Origin: Eledone cirrhosa
Lineage: Eukaryota
Assembly: GCA_964016885.1 (NCBI GenBank)
Contig: OZ024747.1
Coordinates: 91,636,001 to 91,700,000 of the forward strand
Direction: 5' to 3'
DNA: 64,000 nt
Below the pieces are notes generated by a model. That model was not told the DNA's origin. It saw only the letters and a program-made list of their open reading frames with translations, and searched no databases. Position 1 is the first letter of the stretch, and each line of letters starts with the position of its first letter. This document shows, piece by piece, positions 57,238-64,000 of the stretch. A program made the position numbers and the translations under genes.

Positions 57238-59049
57238 TTATATACATACAAGTATATGTGTGTTTGTCTGCCTGTATTTTTTATATATACTTATGTATAC
57301 ATGTATTTTTACGTTTGTACATATATAAGTATATATTATATATAGATATATAGTTGTAGGTGTGAGTGTCCTCTTCGCTTATTGTGTGTATAAATACGTA
57401 TAAATACGTATTTCAGACAATATTTACATATTTATTTTTCTGGTTCTCTCATGTCTTATTTTTCCATTTTATTACTTATTTAAAAATGCAAAATTTCTTG
57501 AAAATTAAAAGAGATAAAACGATATAATAAGGCCTTAAAAATACAATTAACTGATAGGAAATAGAAATAATTTATATTTCTAAATTAATGAATTTTATAT
57601 GAAGTTATCTGAATATTCTTTTGTATTTTGCCACTTCACATAAAAGGATTTTAGTGTTTGTGTTAATGCAGTTTTGAAATATCAACTCAACCATTAGATA
57701 TTGTAATGTTTTAAACTCAAAGCGTCTGCTTTATACTATGCATCGTTTTTACGCAATCATTATCTTATCTCAAAGATGGGACTTTATTGTGACGGCGTCA
57801 TGGCAGCCGGCAAGCTATTACGAAAATTAAAAAGCTGTGACAAAATTGACACAATGAAAATATCTTACTTCTCATTTCTAGAATGTATATCTCGACATTA
57901 AGAAAATTGTATGATTTTCCAAAAAGTAGTTGTAGTTTTTTTGTTTTTTTTTGTTTTTTTGTTAATTATGGTTGCAATATTCTGGATTCAATAAATAACA
58001 TTTCAATTAGCCAATTTTAGTGGTTGAACTTTTTAATTGCAAAGAATTTTATTACACCTCTTTAAAGTTGTTTGGCTTTATTATATTGGTAGAAAAAATA
58101 TTCATTTGTTACTGGTGATTGATTGTAAGTACATCTAAAACCTGTCATACGCTCATATTAATTAGAAATCTCGGCGTTAAAAGATTAATCTAGTTATATT
58201 TCGCCGAGATATTCTTCAGATACAATGGATATATGGAAAATGCTTTAGATTTCCTCTAGCTTAGAAGCTGATGTCGAGTGGCAATGTTCAATATATTTTC
58301 TTTACTATTGAGGATTTATTGCCTGAAAATAAACGTTAATAAATATTTAATAACAACGGGAACAATGTACGCTGTTGCTGCATTGTTCGTATATCATATA
58401 GAGAAGAAATAGTTAATGATATTACTTGTTATCTACACAAACTTCCGTTTCGAAAATAACTTTATATAGAAAATACTGGATGGTTATGCAATATATCAAT
58501 GGCGAAAAGCATTTAAATCACAAGTCAGTTTAGTATAGAATCGACTACTGCAGAAAAAGGAAATAACAAATTGAATAATGTCTTCCGTTCAATAATTTAC
58601 TCGAATTATTTTCTGATTTCTTCCATATTATGACTATGGATATTTTTAATACGTGGTTAATATATTTATACGTATAATATGTGAATGACAGTAGAACACC
58701 CTCATTTAACATCGAACTTCAAATATGATAACGATGGTAAAACAATTAAATCTGTAGAACTAAGAAATTGAAACATCTGAAAAACACACAGGAAATATGT
58801 TAGATACTTATATGGTAAGGAGAAATAATAAAAATAATATAGTTTTCTAGCTTTGACGCAAGCCATCAAATGTATACAGGAGTAGAGATAGTTGAATATA
58901 ATCTCAAATCATTACTGCTAGTTATTTTATCATATTACACAAGGATGGGTGTTAAAGTCCGCTGCTTTACCAATTGAATTCAGAATGTAAACGAACTGTA
59001 AAGCATTTAGTCTACTTTTACCATCTCAATGCTCTAAAATTAATAACGA

Positions 59050-59500
59050 TGGTTGTCAATCCAAGAACATGGCCGGCAATTTCAGAGATAGAAAAGTCAA
59101 TTATATTGACTCCAGTACGTGACTAGTACTTACGTTTCTCGATACCAGAAGGACATAAGGCAAATTGAGTGCTAGATGATTTGAACTCCGAACGAAATAA
59201 GTGAGTACAATTACCACAAAGCGTTGCTCCATCGCTCTAAGGATTGTGCCAAAAAGGATTGTGCCAAAAAGGATTACAAAAATAAACACAGTAATAGGTG
59301 TTCAAATTCTGATTTAGGCACAAGGCCAATAATTTCGGGGAAGGGGGAAGTCGATAAAAATCGACCCCAGTGTCTTACTAGTGTTTTATTTTAACAAACT
59401 CGTAAAAATTAAAAGAAAAGTTTGCATTGATTAGATTTAATTATATACTCCAAATCATGTTGTTCGACGCTCTAACGATACTGCCAATCCACCGTCCTCA
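59050..59500 (-). mobile_element. Two old, degenerate SINE family A-related copies
   Basis: GGCACAAGGCC, ATCGACCCCAGT, GATTTGAACTC and ACTGCCAATCCACCG remnants. Confidence 0.6.
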
Positions 59501-59627
59501 ATGTGGTAACGTATAATACAAATAGAAATCATCAGATCATTGTCAATTGACAACAGAAGACGGGTGGAAAAGTTTTGATGAAAAATTAAACAAAAATGAA
59601 AGTTAAAACGAAAAACATATTAAATCT

Positions 59628-60188
59628 GAGATTGCGTTGGTATGGACATGTGATACGTATGAAGGACGACAGCTGTATAAAATGGTGTAGGGCAATGAAA
59701 ATTGATGGAATCTGCGGAGTGGGTAGGCCAAGAAAAACCTGGGACGAGGTGATAAAAACTGACCTTGCCCACCTACACCTATCTAAATGATACTGGATCA
59801 AGTCATTTGACGCCATGCAGTTGTACAGAAGACCCGACTACCATTACATACAAACCTACAGTCAGTAGGCACCTCTTAACTCAATGTACACCCCACCGCC
59901 ACACCCTACCCCATCCTCCCGTTTCTGTCCCGTCCACTGTGTCGATGACACAACAGTCCACACTGTAAAGTGGTCGTGTAGGAGACACCGTGAAAATACT
60001 CCCAGTCCACACTGTAAATGTGGTTGGTGTTAGGAAGAGCATCCAGCTGTAAAAAAAAAAGCTGTCAGAGACGCTTCCGTGCGAGCGAGACATGGTCTCC
60101 CGATCAGTCCCGCATCAAATGGAACAAAACCGTCTAACCCATGCTAGCGTGGAAGATGGACGTTAAACGATGATGATGATGATGATGA
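59628..60188 (+). mobile_element. RTE-like LINE 3' end with 3' UTR and (GAT)n tail
   Basis: RLRWYGHVIRMKDDSCIKWCRAMKIDGICGVGRPRKTWDEVIKTDL; tail GGACGTTAAACGATGATGATG. Confidence 0.85.
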
Positions 60189-60297
60189 TATCTAAAGTAC
60201 TAAAAGCAAAATAACATGCTTGATGGAGATAACAAACGTAAAGAAATGCAACAAAAATTGATATTGGGAATACAAGGTTATACTGTTTCAGCATGAA

Positions 60298-60618
60298 GGT
60301 GCATGGTTTTGTGGTTGGAGCATTCGGCTCGCAATCGTAAGGTCGTGTTCGATTCCCAGTGGCCCGTTGTGTCCTTGAGCAAGTCATTTTATCTCACGTT
60401 GTCCCAGTTCACTCAGCTGCCAAAATGCGTTGTACCTGTAAATCGAAAGGCCAGCCTTGTCACATTGTGTGTCACGCTGAATCTCCCTGAGAACTACGTT
60501 AAAGGTACGCGTGTCTGTGGAATGCTCAGCCATTTGCACATTAATTTCACGAGCAGTTTGTTCCGTTGATCGTATCAAATGGAACACTCATCGTGGTAAC
60601 CGACGGATTGCCATCATC
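60298..60618 (+). mobile_element. tRNA-derived CORE-type SINE
   Basis: TGGTTTTGTGG A box, GTTCGATTCCC B box, TTGTGTCCTTGAGCAAGTCA CORE-like motif. Confidence 0.8.
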
Positions 60619-62094
60619 AGTATGCATCGTCAAGTATCTAAGAAGCTCGTTTAACCTGGTTCCGAGTAAGATCCCACTCCGCGGCACTTTGACCAAGTGT
60701 CGTAAGCCATAGCTTATTCTTGAGGAATAGATGTTATCTTTCATGAGATAAAACATCACATCGCTATGTAAAGTTGGCATTATATGTTTATGTATAACAG
60801 ATAACAAAATATTTCCATCATTGTATAACTTCTGTCTGTAAAATATAATAAAAACATTCTTACAGACATTGGACCAAGTCAGGGGATATTTCGATGACTT
60901 GATATGCTGCTGCTTTTTTTTTTTCAGTAACCCATGGTTTGTGATTTCTTCTTCCATTCTTCCACAAGCCTGTGAAACTCTTAGCATATTTTTTAAGCAC
61001 TGCATTTCCTCACTGACTAGCCACCGGAAAAAGAAGTAAAATAGGTTGAGAAAAATCAAGGAAATAAGATTCTTTAAGAGAATTTTCATAATAGAGAAAA
61101 ATTATTCGATTGTTGTTAGCCTTTGCCATATTGTCTGATTTCACTCATAACCTCACTGGGAAAATAACTTTGACTATATAGTGTAACAATAAAAAATTAA
61201 TTGACGAAATAGCAAAATAGATGAATATATATTAGTTCGAAAGGAAAACACACTAATATACGTTGAAATAAAAATAGCATATACGTAGAGTATTCCTATT
61301 TCATAATTCCGAAACGTTGCATCTTATAAATACTGCCAAAAGTGTATGCATCGGTATTCAGAAATATAAAGGTGAACTATAGTTTATACATAAAAGGATA
61401 CCACAAGACAATGTGCTTGTAATAACAGCGATTATTTTACAAAACAGACGTATTTATACACTAAATACAAAATGACTTATAAAATTACTTATAGTTCAAA
61501 CTCTCACACTTATACACACATTTATATTCGTATGAGTTTGTATGTTAAAGACATAATTACATACATGAATACATTTCTGACATTTTGACCATCTGTATAT
61601 TATGTACATATATTCGTTTTGTAAAAGTTACTAATGACAGGACAGATTGAAACGGTCGATGCCCCTATCTTGAAAATCGGCAGTTTAATGTATGCATATA
61701 TTAAACTTCCGATTTTCATGATCTGCTCCAAATACTTGCAGGATATATATATATATATCCTGCAAAAAACAAGATGGCGTAGTACAGAACAAAGGAGAGG
61801 CACAAAAACAAAGAAAAGAATCCTCAGTCACTGAAGAGGTCACATAATGTGTGACGAAAGAATTTTGACAATATATAAACAATCATCTGGTTGTGGAACC
61901 AACCAACCAACCGGAAATTTATAAATTCCTAACTTTATAAATTTATTATAATAAATTGAAGTGAAAGCATCTGGTGCGTGTGTTTCTTATTGGCAACATG
62001 ACCCTCCCAAAGTATAACAATATCGGTTTCAACACACGTTTTCAGATAAAGAATCTTGCTAAACAAATTCAGAAACGAAATATATATATATATA

Positions 62095-62277
62095 AACGGA
62101 AAAAATGAAACGAAATTTCATTTCTCACTCTTACAAACACACCGAGCATTATAATAAATGTTCTGTGAATCCATACGTACATATATATATATGTGTGCAT
62201 GTATGTATATACATATACATACTACTGTACGTCTGTATACATATATGTATGTACGTATACATACTTATATATATATA
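62095..62277. mobile_element. Internally inverted copy of the 12466-12780 family
   Basis: 62095-62133 is the inverted 3' tail; 62134-62270 is colinear with 12596-12727. Confidence 0.75.
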
Positions 62278-62346
62278 TCCTGCAAGTATGTGGAGCAGAC
62301 CTCCGAATGCCAAACCTCGCAAACTCTTTCTCCTGCATATATTAAA

Positions 62347-62388
<42 letters not shown>

Positions 62389-62392
<4 letters not shown>

Positions 62393-62858
62393 AACTCTGG
62401 ATGTCGGTGAGCATGTCCAGCCAACCTCAGTCTCCTCTGTGTCACTTTTGAGCTGACTTTTGGGATGCTCCCATACAGCTCCGACTTTTTCATCCTCAGT
62501 GTATACTGATTAATGTTCAGAGCCATCCTCAGCATTCTCGTGTAGCACCCATCCACGATCTGAGTGAGTCTCTTGGTCAGTGTCCAAGTCTCTGACCCAT
62601 ACAGCAGCACAGACTCCACTACAGCAATGAAGAGGCGGATTTTCAGGTCTCTACGACATCCAGAGTTGACATTGCACTCAGTGCTCCTTTGGGAGCCCCT
62701 ACATGGACACACTAGAAGAGGAAGACCAAGGTTAACATATGTTGATGCCCTAAGGACAGACACTGGTCTGTTGGAGATGCAGGATATGGCAGCGATAATG
62801 AGGGACAGAGACCGCTGGAGAGAACTCGTCCATGGATCTCGGGAATTTTACCCGCCTT

Positions 62859-62860
<2 letters not shown>
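62389..62860 (+). mobile_element. 5'-inverted RTE-like LINE 3' fragment in (TA)n
   Basis: Minus part ESVLLYGSETWTLTK...RLAGHAHRHPELT and plus part RHPELTLHSVLLWEP...GRPRLTYVD...DRDRWR* form one continuous ORF2 C-terminus. Confidence 0.9.
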
Positions 62861-62903
<43 letters not shown>

Positions 62904-63136
62904 TTAGAAACACACAGATACATGCGGACACACACATATATACATGAATGCATCCGCACCCAACTGTGAGTTAAGGGTGCCAACTTCACCGATGTTGCTC
63001 AATGAATGACTGGGACAGACCAATTCAGTTGAACTAGACTGAACCAGTATCAGAGTTAAAAATACATTATGAAGAGAGAAGAAACATTTAGATATAATTA
63101 GTAATAAAATGTATCATACCTAAACTGCTCCTAAAT

Positions 63137-63226
63137 TCCTCGACTACGTAGTTTCGTGGCATAAACAAAAACAATATATCATAAAGACATAGAGTCCTTG
63201 CGAGGTCTGCCGACTTATCAAGAGGA
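63137..63226 (-). ncRNA. Type I hammerhead ribozyme with U3-A8 core variant, copy 1
   Basis: TCCTC-TTGATAA-GTcGGCA...TGCCAC-GAAA-CTACGTAG-TC-GAGGA. Confidence 0.78.
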
Positions 63227-63731
63227 TACCTCATTTTACTAGTCTCAAGAACGCGTCTACACGACGTGCGAAAGAGTCCCAAAAGGCGGAGGGGGAGATA
63301 GTCACGCGATATAACGGTCGAGAAACAGAGCTAAGCCTCTTATAACCCCGAAGAAAATACCACGGAGGCGGAGGGGGTATTTATATCGAGGCCGCAGAAG
63401 AGGTGGTGAAGAAGGCGAGAAGTATGAGTAATGGAAGCTTTCCAGCTGTCCCCACACTTCAAAGATTGCTCGACCAGAGGGAGTTATTAACAATATATTT
63501 AGAAACACACAGATACATGCGGACACACACATATATACATGAATGCATCCGCACCCAACTGTGAGTTAAGGGTGCCAACTTCACCGATGTTGCTCAATGA
63601 ATGACTGGGACAGACCAATTCAGTTGAACTAGACTGAACCAGTATCAGAGTTAAAAATACATTATGAAGAGAGAAGAAACATTTAGATATAATTAGTAAT
63701 AAAATGTATCATACCTAAACTGCTCCTAAAT

Positions 63732-63821
63732 TCCTCGACTACGTAGTTTCGTGGCATAAACAAAAACAATATATCATAAAGACATAGAGTCCTTGCGAGG
63801 TCTGCCGACTTATCAAGAGGA
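63732..63821 (-). ncRNA. Type I hammerhead ribozyme with U3-A8 core variant, copy 2
   Basis: Same as 63137-63226 at +595 bp. Confidence 0.78.
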
Positions 63822-64000
63822 TACCTCATTTTACTAGTCTCAAGAACGCGTCTACACGACGTGAGAAAGAATCCCAAAAGGCGGAGGGGGAGATAGTCAC
63901 GCGATATAACGGTCGAGAAACAGAGCTAAGCCTCTTATAACCCCGAAGAAAATACCACGGAGGCGGAGGGGGTATTTATATCGAGGCCGCAGAAGAGGTG

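Larger units (their letters stand above)
62897..64000 (-). mobile_element. Tandem array of a 595-bp HHR-bearing unit (retrozyme or PLE terminal-repeat-like); runs off the right edge
   Basis: 62897 onward repeats from 63492 nearly identically; array abuts (TA)n. Confidence 0.9.

Noticed and set aside
58185-58225. Minus-strand CTGAAGA...GAAA
   Set aside because: Stems I and II do not form
60547-61089. 180-aa minus ORF
   Set aside because: Overlaps a SINE end and has no recognisable domain; a small exon inside cannot be excluded but is unsupported

Overview
AT-rich, microsatellite-saturated eukaryotic DNA. The SINE families and repeat density suggest an octopod cephalopod (inference, not verified). 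No host protein-coding gene can be identified confidently, and most listed ORFs are microsatellite read-throughs. The window holds a 7-kb 16/20-bp satellite with higher-order structure, many tRNA-derived SINEs (including a 201-bp tandem array), a full-length but frameshifted hAT (Buster/Charlie-type) transposon with 8-bp TSD, several MITEs, and LINE fragments (RTE-like and CRE-like). The main discovery is a dense set of short elements sitting in (TA)n tracts that carry type I hammerhead ribozyme (HHR) folds from about seven unrelated sequence families. They occur as tandem repeats, a terminally redundant monomer, or fold-back palindromes, and one still encodes a Penelope-like GIY-YIG endonuclease C-terminus. 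One tandem family has a compensatory U3-A8 catalytic-core variant. One copy of a similar (TA)n-flanked fold-back family shows a strand-biased T>C (A>G) cluster resembling ADAR hyper-editing. All folds and alignments were done by eye and need computational and experimental confirmation.
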